DNA of 64,000 bases from Bdellovibrionales bacterium (GCA_965203275.1 OZ241865.1:1312001-1376000), one strand, 5' to 3'; positions 39,064 through 49,874 are shown, counted from the stretch's first letter. Notes: generated by a model not told the origin, from the sequence alone. Numbers and translations are program-made.

Positions 39064-39963
39064 ATGAAACACACCATTGATTATACATTACAAGAATGTT
39101 TATCACTTTTAGCTTATCATTCTCAAGGGATGACAATAGAAGATTTTATCAAATATTCTGCTTGTCAAGTGATTGAAAAAACCTCTAGTTTATTGCTCGA
39201 GTTAGTTCCTAATGGCAAATTGCGTTCTTACCTTTTAAAACATCCTGATTGGTATCATCAAGCTTCAATGCAAATAAAACAGCTTAAGGAACAAAATATC
39301 CATATCCTTCATGTAGAACACCCTGATTATCCTAAAAACTTTTATAAATTACCTGATCCGCCACTTTTTTTAACATATCAAGGGCAACCTGTCTGGAAAA
39401 ATAACCAATGCTTAAGTGTTGTAGGAAGCCGAGAACCTACTACAAGAGCCTTACAATGGATGGAGACACATCTCAAGTCTGTTTTTGCAGAGGCTTGCTC
39501 TGTGAGTGGAGGAGCAAGAGGTATCGATCAAAAAGCCCATAATATTTCTCTTCGGCTTAAGAGACCTACTGTGGTTTTTCTCCCAAGCGGTTTGAAGACT
39601 ATTTATCCTCAAACATTAAGTCAATGGTCAAATGAAATTATTGAACAAGGAGGAGCCATTGTTTCAGAATATTTACCTGAAGTAGCTATGCAAAAGCATC
39701 ACTTTCATAGACGTAACCGCCTTATAGCAGCTATAGGAGATGTGCTTTTAGTGGTTGAGGCACGTATTAAAAGTGGGACTCTCCTGACTGCTAATTTAGC
39801 CTCTGCTATAGATCAATCCCTAGCTGTAGTGCCTACCTTTCCAGACGATGTCCGTAGCCAGGGCAACCTTAAGCTCTTGCTGGAAGGTGTGCAACCTGTA
39901 GCTTCCTCACAAGACTTATTGAGCTTGATCCATGTAGGGTATGAAAAACGCAAAATACTTTAG
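39064..39963 (+). CDS. dprA: DNA-processing protein DprA
   Basis: DPPLFL, VVGSR, VSGGARGIDQKAH, FHRRNRLI, VVEA..KSGTL.TA. Confidence 0.92.
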   Translation: MKHTIDYTLQECLSLLAYHSQGMTIEDFIKYSACQVIEKTSSLLLELVPNGKLRSYLLKHPDWYHQASMQIKQLKEQNIHILHVEHPDYPKNFYKLPDPPLFLTYQGQPVWKNNQCLSVVGSREPTTRALQWMETHLKSVFAEACSVSGGARGIDQKAHNISLRLKRPTVVFLPSGLKTIYPQTLSQWSNEIIEQGGAIVSEYLPEVAMQKHHFHRRNRLIAAIGDVLLVVEARIKSGTLLTANLASAIDQSLAVVPTFPDDVRSQGNLKLLLEGVQPVASSQDLLSLIHVGYEKRKIL

Positions 39964-40212
39964 TTACTCTAGAATTTCTAAAACACTGCGTTTATTGATT
40001 TTAGTACTGGCTGCATTCAATATAGACCGAATAGACTTTGCCGTACGGCCTTGTTTACCTATGACTTTGCCTAAGTCCTCTTTAGCGACCCTTAACTCAA
40101 TCACAGTTGTGTGTTCTCCAACCATCTCATTCACAACAACATCTTCTGGCCTATCTACTAATGATTTTGCCATAAATGCCACAAGTTCCTTTAAATTTGT
40201 TTCATTGCCCAT
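39964..40212 (-). CDS. khpA: KH-domain RNA-binding protein
   Basis: [18 protein letters not shown]; downstream of rpsP. Confidence 0.9.
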   Translation of the reverse strand: MGNETNLKELVAFMAKSLVDRPEDVVVNEMVGEHTTVIELRVAKEDLGKVIGKQGRTAKSIRSILNAASTKINKRSVLEILE

Positions 40213-40379
40213 ATATATCACCTCTAGCTGTTAGCTTTTGTTATCAATAGTTAGTTATTCTTATCTTACTCGATATTCACAACAAAATAAATAGATTTTT
40301 GTTTTTTTTGTATTTTTTTTAACTTATGGCTTTATTTTATCCTTACAATAGCTGTTTTTGTTCCTTTTTGAGACGATAT

Positions 40380-41447
40380 CTATTGTGAAACATCATCATC
40401 CTTTTTGTGATCTTTCTGTGTTGTTTCTTTTAATTCTGGCTGAGTGTCCTTTGACTCATCTAGTTGATCTTCTTTAGATTCTAGCTGAGTGTCCTTTGAC
40501 TCATCTAGTTGATCTTCTTTAGATTCTAGCTGAGTGTCCTTTGACTCATCTAGTTGATCTTCTTTAGATTTTAGCTGAGTGTCCTTTGACTCATCTAGTT
40601 GATCTTCTTGAGATTTTAGTTGAGTGTCCTTTGACTCATCTAGTTGATCTTCTTTAGATTTTAGTTGAGTGTCCTTTGACTCATCTAGTTGATCTTCTTG
40701 AGATTTTAGTTGAGTGTCCTTTGACTCATCTAGTTGATCTTCTTTAGATTTTAGTTGAGTGTCCTTTGACTCATCTAGTTGATCTTCTTGAGATTTTAGT
40801 TGAGTGTCCTTTGACTCATCTAGTTGATCTTCTTTAGATTTTAGTTGAGTGTCCTTTGACTCATCTAGTTGATCTTCTTGAGATTTTAGTTGAGTGTCCT
40901 TTGACTCATCTAGTTGATCTTCTTGAGATTTTTTTGTTGTAGCCCTATCTTCTGAACTTGATTTAGATTTTTGAGACGATGTAGAATGACTCTCTTTTAC
41001 AACAGAGGCTTTTGCTACTTCTGCCTTTGCTGTTTTAGAAGCCTGTTTTGTTGTTGTTTCCTCTTGAGTGTCCTTTGGCATAGACTTTGCTTTCGAGTCC
41101 TGACCAGAAGATTTTGCACTTTGTTTCTCTGAAGAAGATGCTTTTTTATCTTTTTTGAGGTTTTTACCAGGACTCTTTTGAAGATATTGAGGAATATCTA
41201 ATGAAGGATTTTGCTGTTCAAAAATAAGTCTTTGAACCCTCAAAGAAGGCCTTGCCCCTCGATTAATCCATTGATTAGCTTTTTCTAAGTCAATGACAAA
41301 TTTCTTCTTAGCTCCTTTTTGCGAAGGAACATAATGACCTAAAACTTCAATGACATTGCTGTTTCTCCATCGCCTTTGATCTGCCACTGTAACGCGATAT
41401 TTAGCTGCTTTTTTTGCTCCATAGCGAGATAAACGGATAACTACCAT
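40380..41447 (-). CDS. rpsP: 30S ribosomal protein S16 with very long repetitive C-terminal tail
   Basis: MVVIRLSRYGAKK..YRVTVAD.R..R..IEVLGHY, W..RGARPS; followed by khpA. Confidence 0.9.
   Translation of the reverse strand: MVVIRLSRYGAKKAAKYRVTVADQRRWRNSNVIEVLGHYVPSQKGAKKKFVIDLEKANQWINRGARPSLRVQRLIFEQQNPSLDIPQYLQKSPGKNLKKDKKASSSEKQSAKSSGQDSKAKSMPKDTQEETTTKQASKTAKAEVAKASVVKESHSTSSQKSKSSSEDRATTKKSQEDQLDESKDTQLKSQEDQLDESKDTQLKSKEDQLDESKDTQLKSQEDQLDESKDTQLKSKEDQLDESKDTQLKSQEDQLDESKDTQLKSKEDQLDESKDTQLKSQEDQLDESKDTQLKSKEDQLDESKDTQLESKEDQLDESKDTQLESKEDQLDESKDTQPELKETTQKDHKKDDDVSQ
40441..40932. repeat. 45-bp tandem repeat x11 in rpsP (S[Q/K]EDQLDESKDTQL[K/E])
   Basis: Unit beginning TGAGTGTCCTTTGACTCATC recurs every 45 bp from 40441 to 40891. 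Confidence 0.95.
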
Positions 41448-41626
41448 ATTTCAAAACTCCTTCAAATGAAGTAAATCACAATTTCATCATAATATGCAAT
41501 AAAATATCATATCAAGTCAAGGCTAAAATACAAACACTCTTTATTTATTTTCAATTTCTGCCGAAAAGATTAATAGATAATCTTTAGATTGAAAAAGTCA
41601 CTTTTTGATATAGGTAATAATTCCCC

Positions 41627-42955
41627 ATGAAATCAGTAAATAAAAAAAGCTCAAATAGTTTATCAGTTACTGTTTTAATTCTTACTCTCACTGCCATGAT
41701 GATTGGATTTCAAAATTGCCGAGAACCCCTTATTGTCAGAGAAAACAAATCTCAAAGAACGGAGCCTAGTCCTGTTCCTAGAATATCTCCACTTGTTGAC
41801 AGTAGCGATCTTACTCTTAGAACTCCTACCTCGATAGGTCAAATTGTAGCTCATTGTCAACAAGATATTAATTACAATGCCTGTATTTACAAGAAAAACC
41901 CTGTGGCTCAAAAAGCAGGTAGTATTAGCAACTTAGACAACCCCGCAGCAGTATTACAACAACTTATTTCATTACAGACTTATGCTGTCAATATAACAGG
42001 CACACTTGAAGGGCTTCTGAAAAACAAGCATTTTGATATAAAAGTGGATTCTGCTTATACAAGAGCAAGGCTTTCGGGTGGTAAGTGGACTACAAATATT
42101 TCCCATCGTGATTTATCAGTGGAACAAGCTATGGCTTATTATTGGCTAATGTATCAGAAAGAATGGATGGAGCTTAATGCTAGAACTTGGCATGCTACCA
42201 ATAAAAAAGTAAATGTTGAAATCAGTGACGGTGTAGCTCCTACATTATTTTGTGCTTATTGGAGCATGTCGGAAAATAAAATACATTTTTGTGGGATTCA
42301 AGCGGCTTTAAGTGGAGAGATTATTGTACATGAAGCAGGTCATGCAAATTTCCATCATTCTAACAATCAACGCGTTCCGACAAATCTCTGTGATACTCAT
42401 GTCAAATGTTCCAATCGGCAATCTTTATGCTCTCTTTCTGAGGAAGATTTAAACGATCCTAATTTACATCAATGTTGCCTTTCTGAAAAAGGATGTTTAT
42501 TTGCTATCAATGAAGGGCAAGCAGATTTTCATGCATCTCTGTTGTTTTCAGATCAAACTCAAATAGGAGAATTTGTTGTTAATAAGCTGGAAGGCATTGG
42601 AAGTTGTGCTTCCAGTACTAGCCCTTTAAGGGACCCTCAGGCTAATAAAAGTCTCACAGTAAGTAAGGCATTTAATAGTTGCGAAAACCATCTCAATGGA
42701 AAGGGGGAAATCCATGTTATGGGCATACTTTATAATAGTATATGGTGGGAAATTTATAATCATCCCGATGTCAATAAAAAAGAGATTGTTATTTTATTTT
42801 CGGAACACTTACCGCTCTTGACTTACAGAGACAATTTTGAAACGGCTGGGCGTAAAATTATTAATTTAGCTAGGCAGTTATATAGAGGTGATAAAGGCCA
42901 AAACTATGCTAATATTATTAGGCAAGAATTTACTCGCAGAGGACTTAATTTATAA
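41627..42955 (+). CDS. Secreted lipoprotein zinc metalloprotease (gluzincin, M4/M36-like)
   Basis: FQNC lipobox; HEAGH; downstream NEGQADF; GEIH..G..Y..IWW. Confidence 0.75.
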   Translation: MKSVNKKSSNSLSVTVLILTLTAMMIGFQNCREPLIVRENKSQRTEPSPVPRISPLVDSSDLTLRTPTSIGQIVAHCQQDINYNACIYKKNPVAQKAGSISNLDNPAAVLQQLISLQTYAVNITGTLEGLLKNKHFDIKVDSAYTRARLSGGKWTTNISHRDLSVEQAMAYYWLMYQKEWMELNARTWHATNKKVNVEISDGVAPTLFCAYWSMSENKIHFCGIQAALSGEIIVHEAGHANFHHSNNQRVPTNLCDTHVKCSNRQSLCSLSEEDLNDPNLHQCCLSEKGCLFAINEGQADFHASLLFSDQTQIGEFVVNKLEGIGSCASSTSPLRDPQANKSLTVSKAFNSCENHLNGKGEIHVMGILYNSIWWEIYNHPDVNKKEIVILFSEHLPLLTYRDNFETAGRKIINLARQLYRGDKGQNYANIIRQEFTRRGLNL

Positions 42956-42967
42956 AAGCCTGTTGCT

Positions 42968-43056
42968 TTTTGTCAAAGGCGAAAGCCTTTGCGGTCATTG
43001 TCCAAAAGTGACCAGAGGTCAGTTTACTTTTAGTGAAATGGACCACTTTTAGTGAA
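42968..43056 (+). repeat. Partial module A copy with duplicated 3' end
   Basis: CAAAGGC-GAAA-GCCTTTG..GGTCATTGTCCAAAAGTGACCAGAGGTCAGTTTACTTTTAGTGAAA. Confidence 0.85.
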
Positions 43057-43074
43057 AAGGACTAAAGGACTATT

Positions 43075-43524
43075 ATGAAAAAAATACTATTAAAGGTTAA
43101 ATGTTTACCACATTATTCTGGAGCAATGCCTCATTATGAAAGCTCTATGGCAAGTGGCTTTGATGTAAGAGCTTGTCTTAAAGCAAGCATGACCATTCAG
43201 CCTGGTCAAAGAGTATTGATTCCTACAGGATTGAGTTTTGAAGTGGCTTCAGGTTATGAAATTCAAGTTCGTCCTCGCAGTGGGCTAGCCCTTAAAAAAG
43301 GAATAACCTTATTAAACTCACCAGGAACCATTGATGCAGACTATAGAGGAGAAGTTAAAATTATTGTTATTCATCATGGGCAGGAACCCGTTGTCATTCA
43401 TAATCAAGATCGTATAGCCCAGCTTGTGCTATGTCCTATTGTGCAGGCTGAATTTCAATTTGTTTCTCATCTCAGCACTACTCAAAGAGGTGAAGGAGGT
43501 TTTGGATCAACGGGTATAAAATAA
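43075..43524 (+). CDS. dut: dUTP diphosphatase
   Basis: QVRPRSGLA, PGTIDADYRGE, DRIAQLV, RGEGGFGSTG. Confidence 0.97.
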   Translation: MKKILLKVKCLPHYSGAMPHYESSMASGFDVRACLKASMTIQPGQRVLIPTGLSFEVASGYEIQVRPRSGLALKKGITLLNSPGTIDADYRGEVKIIVIHHGQEPVVIHNQDRIAQLVLCPIVQAEFQFVSHLSTTQRGEGGFGSTGIK

Positions 43525-43673
43525 AATATCTTAATGAAATTTCTAACTAAAATTTCTAACTAACAAAACATGTTAAATTATTAATTTTCAAATCCTTCTT
43601 GCTCATTATTGGCCCAAGGCCACAGTATAAATCACAAGTCGGGTCAATCTCTGGTAGGTTTTCAGAAAAGATA

Positions 43674-43868
43674 TTAAATATGATCTATAGGGATATCACG
43701 ATTTAAGATGGTTTTCCGTCTATCTGCTTTAGCATTTTGTATGCCTCTTTTACAAAGAATTTCAACAGCATGAGAAAGCTGGTCTATGCTTTTGCTTGAT
43801 GCATGCAAATCAGCTGTCTCCTTAACATATTTTTTAACTTTGCTTATTATAACAAATCCTGCCATCAT
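43674..43868 (-). CDS. Bacterial histone-fold protein (Bdellovibrio Bd0055/HBb-like)
   Basis: SKVKKYVKE...SIDQLSHAVEILC.RG..NAKAD.RKTILNRDI; RKT...RD histone-fold signature; strong SD GAGGAG. Confidence 0.88.
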   Translation of the reverse strand: MMAGFVIISKVKKYVKETADLHASSKSIDQLSHAVEILCKRGIQNAKADRRKTILNRDIPIDHI

Positions 43869-43976
43869 TTATCTCCTCTTCCTTCTGTTAAAGCCATACA
43901 CTATAATTATAACATCATAAAATGGACTTTTAGAAAAGTCATAATAAAGAGATATTTGATTTGTCTGGTCTTTAGT

Positions 43977-44681
43977 TTAAAAAGTGGTGTGCATACGTTC
44001 ATGATCTTTAGCAAAGCGATCTATCCCTATGTCCGTCAAAGGGTGTTCTACAAGCTGTTTCATTACTTTAAATGGCATGGTCACAACATCAGCAGCTAAT
44101 AACCCTGCTTCTAAGATATGCAATGGATGACGAGTACTAGCTACCAGTATTTTTGTTTTAAATTGATAATTCATAAAAAGAGTATGAATTTGTGAGACTA
44201 TATCCATACCTTTTGTAGAAATGTCATCTAGCCTCCCTACAAATGGGGAAACAAAAGTTGCTCCTGCTTTAGCACACATCAAAGCTTGAAGAGGATGAAA
44301 TATCAAAGTCATATTGGTCCCTATATTTTTCTGAGATAAGGCACGAGTGGCTTTGAGTCCTTCTATTGTCATAGGAATTTTGATCACGATATTGTCTTTT
44401 TTGTATTTGTTCATAATGGAAGTGCCTTCTGCAATCATATCCTCTGCTGTTTTAATTTGTGTGACTTCTATGCTGACAGGTCCTTTGACTGTGTCTGTGA
44501 TTCCATTGATTAATTGATCTTTAAACTCTTGGATATCTACATTAGAAGATGACTTCTGTGATTTGTATTTTTCAAATTGCTTGGCAATCAATGAAGGGTT
44601 TGTAGTGACACCATCCACCCATCCACATTTATAAGCCTCTTTGATTTCATCTATGTTAGCTGTATCAATAAAAAATTCCAT
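43977..44681 (-). CDS. tal: Transaldolase / fructose-6-phosphate aldolase family protein
   Basis: FFIDTAN, DGVTTNPSL, VIKIP, VSPFVGRLDD, HPLTD.G. Confidence 0.9.
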   Translation of the reverse strand: MEFFIDTANIDEIKEAYKCGWVDGVTTNPSLIAKQFEKYKSQKSSSNVDIQEFKDQLINGITDTVKGPVSIEVTQIKTAEDMIAEGTSIMNKYKKDNIVIKIPMTIEGLKATRALSQKNIGTNMTLIFHPLQALMCAKAGATFVSPFVGRLDDISTKGMDIVSQIHTLFMNYQFKTKILVASTRHPLHILEAGLLAADVVTMPFKVMKQLVEHPLTDIGIDRFAKDHERMHTTF

Positions 44682-44983
44682 AAAAAATCCCCTTGTTTCA
44701 AAAAGAGCTTAATTAGAATTTTATGACTAGATGATATTCATTTTTTGGTAAGCTCCCTAGCTTTATAAAAGTTTTAGACTTCAATCAATATCTTTTTAAA
44801 AATAACTCGCCGTCCTCTGACAGCTTGTGTCAACTTTATAAAAAGCTAGCCATCATCATTTAAGTCAAAACTTAAGTTTTAAGAAGATATAAAAAGACAG
44901 GGTACTTGATTTTCAAAAGATAATTTCTATAACTCTAATATTTATTTATCAAAAGAAACTTTAATGAACACAAATGATTAAAG

Positions 44984-46048
44984 TTATAAAGCATACATCA
45001 GACCAGCTTTTGCTCCAAAAAAGTGAGCTAAAACAGTACTTGAAGAGGAAATAGAAAAATTATAATCTATTTGTAGAGGTAAGTAAACTTTAGAGGTTAA
45101 GCTGATATTTGCACCAAGAGCAGCAGAGACACTTCCCATATTTTTCACTTCTTTTAAAGAATAATTGGTTCTTGTTTTCAAAACAAAATTAATACTTCCT
45201 CCTATTCCTATCCATGTCTGCATCATTTCGCTACCAGCTCCCATATAATATTGTAACTGTAAGCCAACAGTAAAAAGATCTAAAGTCAACTGACAATCTC
45301 TTTCTGATATTGAATCATAACACTCCATATAATCTGTATAAGCTCTTTGACTGTCTTTAGACGCAGCATGGAATCTCTGCAACCCTGTTAAAACACGTAT
45401 CCCTAAAATATCTGAAAAGTCATAATCCATAGCTACTAAGGCATCAAATCCCAAACCACTTGTAAGGATGTTTTTTCTTTCAGGTGTAGGTCCATTCGGA
45501 GAGCTATTAGGTAATTTAAGTGTTAAAATATTATAACTCATACCCCCTAAAAGCCCTATAGCAAAAGATTTGCTTGATGTAAGATATTCTTCATTATCAT
45601 ACTCTCCTGCTCCACTTGAGGGAGGGGGAGGACTACTATTGATGAGACCGTCATTCACATCATTTATATCATCGCTATAATCATCATCTTCTCCTGTTAT
45701 ATCATCATAATCATCTTCATCTTCATCTTCACCTTCATAATAATCTCCATCAGAAGCAAGTGTCCTTATAACAGGGTCTCGAGATGGGGACACTGTATCA
45801 CCTTCAAATACACGTCCTTTCATAATTTCGACCATGATATAAGCCTCTTTCACTTTAGTGACCTTCACTTCAGCTTTTTTTGACCTTCCTGAGTGGACGA
45901 TCAAGGTGTCTCCTGATGAAACACTCATACCATCTAATCGAACAATAGCTTTTTTACCTTTGGTTTTGAAAACTTCTGCTGCAAAAGTAACTTGAGAGGA
46001 GAGGGGAATAATTAAAATAAAAAACAAATATTTTATACAATTTGTCAT
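44984..46048 (-). CDS. Secreted protein with acidic linker and C-terminal beta-barrel-like domain
   Basis: Signal peptide, D/E-rich tract, amphipathic strands at the C-terminus. Confidence 0.6.
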   Translation of the reverse strand: MTNCIKYLFFILIIPLSSQVTFAAEVFKTKGKKAIVRLDGMSVSSGDTLIVHSGRSKKAEVKVTKVKEAYIMVEIMKGRVFEGDTVSPSRDPVIRTLASDGDYYEGEDEDEDDYDDITGEDDDYSDDINDVNDGLINSSPPPPSSGAGEYDNEEYLTSSKSFAIGLLGGMSYNILTLKLPNSSPNGPTPERKNILTSGLGFDALVAMDYDFSDILGIRVLTGLQRFHAASKDSQRAYTDYMECYDSISERDCQLTLDLFTVGLQLQYYMGAGSEMMQTWIGIGGSINFVLKTRTNYSLKEVKNMGSVSAALGANISLTSKVYLPLQIDYNFSISSSSTVLAHFFGAKAGLMYAL

Positions 46049-46322
46049 TATATCTCTTTAAATTTTACTTGTTTGTGATAAATTATTATAATAATATACT
46101 TTATTTTATTAGAAGGTGAATGGTGCAAAGATACAAGAAAAATGCTATGATTAGCCTTAAGATTAAAACGAAAGAAGTAAGACTTTAGTTTTTCTAAAGT
46201 CTTTCGTCCGGTAAAACCGATAACTATAATAACTGAAAGAAAGAAAACATTTAAATTTGCTATAGATTTGCAATAAATGTATCAATATGATACTTTAAGG
46301 TTTTGATGAAAAGGAGAAAACA

Positions 46323-48443
46323 ATGGACCAAAATCAAATAGAAGAATTAAAAAAAGTCAGGAACATTGGCATTTCTGCCCATATTGATTCTGGGAAGACA
46401 ACATTAACAGAACGCATTTTATTTTATACAGGACGTATCCATGCGATCCATGAGGTAAGAGGTAAAGATGGAGTAGGTGCTAAAATGGACTCTATGGATT
46501 TAGAGCGAGAGAAGGGTATTACCATCCAATCAGCTGCCACCTTTTGTCAGTGGAAAGATACCAACATTAATATCATTGATACCCCCGGGCATGTGGACTT
46601 TACTGTAGAAGTTGAGAGAGCCTTGCGGGTGTTAGATGGAGCTATTTTGATTCTTTCCGGTGTGGAAGGAGTTCAGTCACAATCCATCACAGTGGATAGA
46701 CAGATGAGGCGTTATGATGTCCCTCGCTTAGCCTTTATCAACAAACTAGACCGCACAGGTGCTAATCCAACTCGTGTTTTAGAGCAACTTCATGAAAAGC
46801 TTCGCCTTAATGCTCACTTTATTCAATTGCCTATAGGCTTAGAAGATCAACATAAAGGTATTATTGATCTTGTGGAAATGAAGCAAATAGAGTTTTTAGG
46901 TGAAAATGGAGAGGATATTAAAATCACAGATATTCCTGAAGATCGCTTAGAAGAGGCTAAAGTAGCAAGGCATGATCTGATTGGTGTTGTAGCCGATTTT
47001 GATGAGATCGTAGGGGAAAAGTTTTTAATGGAAGAAGACGTCACAGCAGAGGAACTTAAAGTGGCTATCCGAGCAGGTGTTTTAAGTCTAAAGTTTATCC
47101 CTGTACTGATGGGAAGTGCTTTTAAAAATAAAGGAGTTCAAACACTTTTAGACGCGGTGACTGATTATTTACCTAACCCTACAGAAGTGACAAATGAAGC
47201 TCTTGACCTAGACAAAAGTGAGGAAAAGTTTACAATTCAAGTCGATGCAGGTAAACCTTTGTTGATGTTGGCTTTTAAGCTAGAAGATGGTCGGTATGGA
47301 CAGCTAACCTATATGCGTATTTATCAGGGTTGTATTCAAAAAGGTGATACGATTATCAACACTACGACAGGTAAAAAGATCAAGGTCCCTCGTCTTGTAC
47401 GTATGCACTCTAATGAGATGGAAGATATCAATACAGCAAGTGCAGGTGATATTATTGCCATGTTTGGAGTAGATTGTGCTTCTGGTGATACTTTTACTGA
47501 TGGGAAACTCAATGCAGCTATGACCTCTATGCATGTGCCGGATCCTGTTATTTCTCTTTCTATTGCTCCTAATGATAAAGCCCTTGCTTCTAATTTTTCT
47601 AAAGCTCTTAATAAGTTTACAAAAGAAGACCCCACTTTTCGTGTGCATCGAGATGAGGAATCAGGACAAACAATTATTTCCGGGATGGGTGAACTTCATT
47701 TAGATATTTATGTGGAGCGTATGAAAAGGGAGTTTCGTGTAGACTGCACTATGGGTAAACCACAGGTAGCTTTTCGAGAGACCATTACCTCTCATATTGA
47801 TTTTGTACAAGTTCATAAAAAGCAAACAGGAGGTGCAGGACAGTTTGCTAAGATGGGTGGTTATATAGAACCTATTGAGCAGGACCCTGAAACTGGTGAA
47901 TACAAACATTATGAATTCATTAATAAAATTGTAGGAGGATCTATCCCTAAAGAATATATTCCTGCCTGTGATAAAGGTTTTCAACAGCAACTTGAAAAGG
48001 GTGTTTTGATAGGGTTTCCAATGATTGGCATACGTATTGAATTAAATGATGGAGATTTTCATTCTGTGGATTCCAGTGAAATGGCTTTTAAAATTTGTGC
48101 AATGACTACTATCCGAGAACACATCCCTCAGGCCCATCCTGTGATCTTAGAACCTATTATGAAAGTAGAAGTCTCTGCTCCTGATGAATTTCAAGGTTCT
48201 GTGATTGGACAGCTGAATCAACGGCGTGGACAGATCACAGGGACTCAAACTGTAGAAGGTTATGTGACTGTAGAATCTCTTGTCCCCTTGACAGAAATGT
48301 TTGGTTATTCTACTGATTTGAGATCAGCTACTCAAGGGAAAGGAGAGTTTACAATGGAATTTGCAGAATACAAAGCCGTCCCTCGTAGTATACAAGAGCA
48401 GTTAATAGAAGAACATAGAAAAAAGCTTAAAGAAAGTGCTTAA
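46323..48443 (+). CDS. fusA: Elongation factor G
   Basis: [53 protein letters not shown]. Confidence 0.97.
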   Translation: MDQNQIEELKKVRNIGISAHIDSGKTTLTERILFYTGRIHAIHEVRGKDGVGAKMDSMDLEREKGITIQSAATFCQWKDTNINIIDTPGHVDFTVEVERALRVLDGAILILSGVEGVQSQSITVDRQMRRYDVPRLAFINKLDRTGANPTRVLEQLHEKLRLNAHFIQLPIGLEDQHKGIIDLVEMKQIEFLGENGEDIKITDIPEDRLEEAKVARHDLIGVVADFDEIVGEKFLMEEDVTAEELKVAIRAGVLSLKFIPVLMGSAFKNKGVQTLLDAVTDYLPNPTEVTNEALDLDKSEEKFTIQVDAGKPLLMLAFKLEDGRYGQLTYMRIYQGCIQKGDTIINTTTGKKIKVPRLVRMHSNEMEDINTASAGDIIAMFGVDCASGDTFTDGKLNAAMTSMHVPDPVISLSIAPNDKALASNFSKALNKFTKEDPTFRVHRDEESGQTIISGMGELHLDIYVERMKREFRVDCTMGKPQVAFRETITSHIDFVQVHKKQTGGAGQFAKMGGYIEPIEQDPETGEYKHYEFINKIVGGSIPKEYIPACDKGFQQQLEKGVLIGFPMIGIRIELNDGDFHSVDSSEMAFKICAMTTIREHIPQAHPVILEPIMKVEVSAPDEFQGSVIGQLNQRRGQITGTQTVEGYVTVESLVPLTEMFGYSTDLRSATQGKGEFTMEFAEYKAVPRSIQEQLIEEHRKKLKESA

Positions 48444-48500
48444 GTTTTTAAGATGGAGTGAAGAATAATTAAATTAATTAAGGAGAGAGTTTAAGGCTAT

Positions 48501-49628
48501 ATGGGCCTGTTGGTTTTTTATTTTCTTTGTGTTTTAGCGATTTCTTTTGTTTGTTCTCTTTTAGAGTCTGTGATTTTATCAGTCAATGATTCTTTTATCG
48601 CTGGACTACAAAATAAAAAGACTCAAGCAGGTCATGTACTGCATACTCTTAAAAAAGATATTGACCGCCCCTTAGCAGCTATCTTAACTTTAAACACAGT
48701 TTCGAACACATTTGGAGCAGCCTTAATTAGTGCTACTGTGATGCATATTTATGGTAGTGAATTTGTAGCTATTGCCTCTGGCGTTCTCACATTGTCTATT
48801 TTGATATTTTCAGAGATTATTCCTAAAACTATTGGAGCTTTGTATTGGAGAAGAATAGCCTATCCAGCTGCTTATAGCATCAAATTTTTAATTATTTTAC
48901 TTTATCCTATTGTGAGAATGTGTGAGTTGATAGCTGATTTGATCACTTATGGAAGAAAACGCCCTCCTCTTTTTACAAGGGATGAACTCATTGCAACCGC
49001 AGAAATCAGTCAAGAAGAAGGTTTTATCCAATATCGAGAACGTGATGTGATTAAAAACTTATTGCATTTAGATAAAATTTTTGTAAAGGATGTGATGACT
49101 CCTCTGTCTGTGATTGTAGGACTTTCAGCAGATTCTTCTGTAGGTCAAATTGTGAAAAAGTATCCTTCTATTCCTTTTTCTCGTATTCCTATTTATAAAA
49201 AAGACATGCGTGATATTATGGGTGTGGTTTTACGTTATGAGCTTTTAGAAATGTATGCTCAGGCAGGGACAAGAAATACCTTATTAGGGGATATAGCTCT
49301 TTCTGTACATAAGGTGCCGGAGACACAATCAATAGGTACAACATTAAATGAGTTTCTCAAAGAGAAAGAACATATTTTCATAGCAGTGGATCACAAAGGT
49401 CAAACTATGGGATTAATTACATTAGAGGATGCTCTTGAGACACTATTGGGAGTAGAAATTATGGATGAGTTTGATTCTGTAGAAGATATGAGGAAGTTTG
49501 CTTTGGAACAATCTCAGAAACGTCATCATAAAAGAAGCACATCTCATTCTGTGCGATCTCTTATTCAAGAAATTTCTCGTATGAAAGATAATTCTTCATC
49601 TCATTTTACAGGTCAAGCGAACGAATAA
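48501..49628 (+). CDS. CNNM (DUF21) + CBS domain membrane protein (CorB/hemolysin-like)
   Basis: SFVCSLLESV, AILTLNT, IFSEIIPK, FSRIPIY, GLITLED. Confidence 0.9.
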   Translation: MGLLVFYFLCVLAISFVCSLLESVILSVNDSFIAGLQNKKTQAGHVLHTLKKDIDRPLAAILTLNTVSNTFGAALISATVMHIYGSEFVAIASGVLTLSILIFSEIIPKTIGALYWRRIAYPAAYSIKFLIILLYPIVRMCELIADLITYGRKRPPLFTRDELIATAEISQEEGFIQYRERDVIKNLLHLDKIFVKDVMTPLSVIVGLSADSSVGQIVKKYPSIPFSRIPIYKKDMRDIMGVVLRYELLEMYAQAGTRNTLLGDIALSVHKVPETQSIGTTLNEFLKEKEHIFIAVDHKGQTMGLITLEDALETLLGVEIMDEFDSVEDMRKFALEQSQKRHHKRSTSHSVRSLIQEISRMKDNSSSHFTGQANE

Positions 49629-49794
49629 TCTATTCATTCAGTTATAAAAGAAATCTTTATAAAGTTTTCAAAAAGAGGTTTTTAAGGGTGTAAATTGGTT
49701 AGATTGCTTAAAAACAGCTAGGGATTAGGTAACTTTTATGCCATTTAAGTGAAAAAAACCTTGTCAACACTTAAAATTATTGTTATGGATATTT

Positions 49795-49822
49795 AAAGGT
49801 GGGTGAATAGCCCACTTTTTTT
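49795..49822 (+). promoter_or_regulatory. rimP-leader-like hairpin/attenuator upstream of nusA
   Basis: GTGGG-tgaatag-CCCAC followed by a T7 tract, just before the nusA SD. Confidence 0.7.
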
Positions 49823-49874
49823 GTAAAGTTTTATCAAATAAAAATTCAACCTATATTAAAAAGGAGCGTTTACA

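Noticed and set aside
40441..40932. 45-bp tandem as CRISPR or non-coding satellite
   Set aside because: Head-to-tail without spacers and in frame within rpsP.
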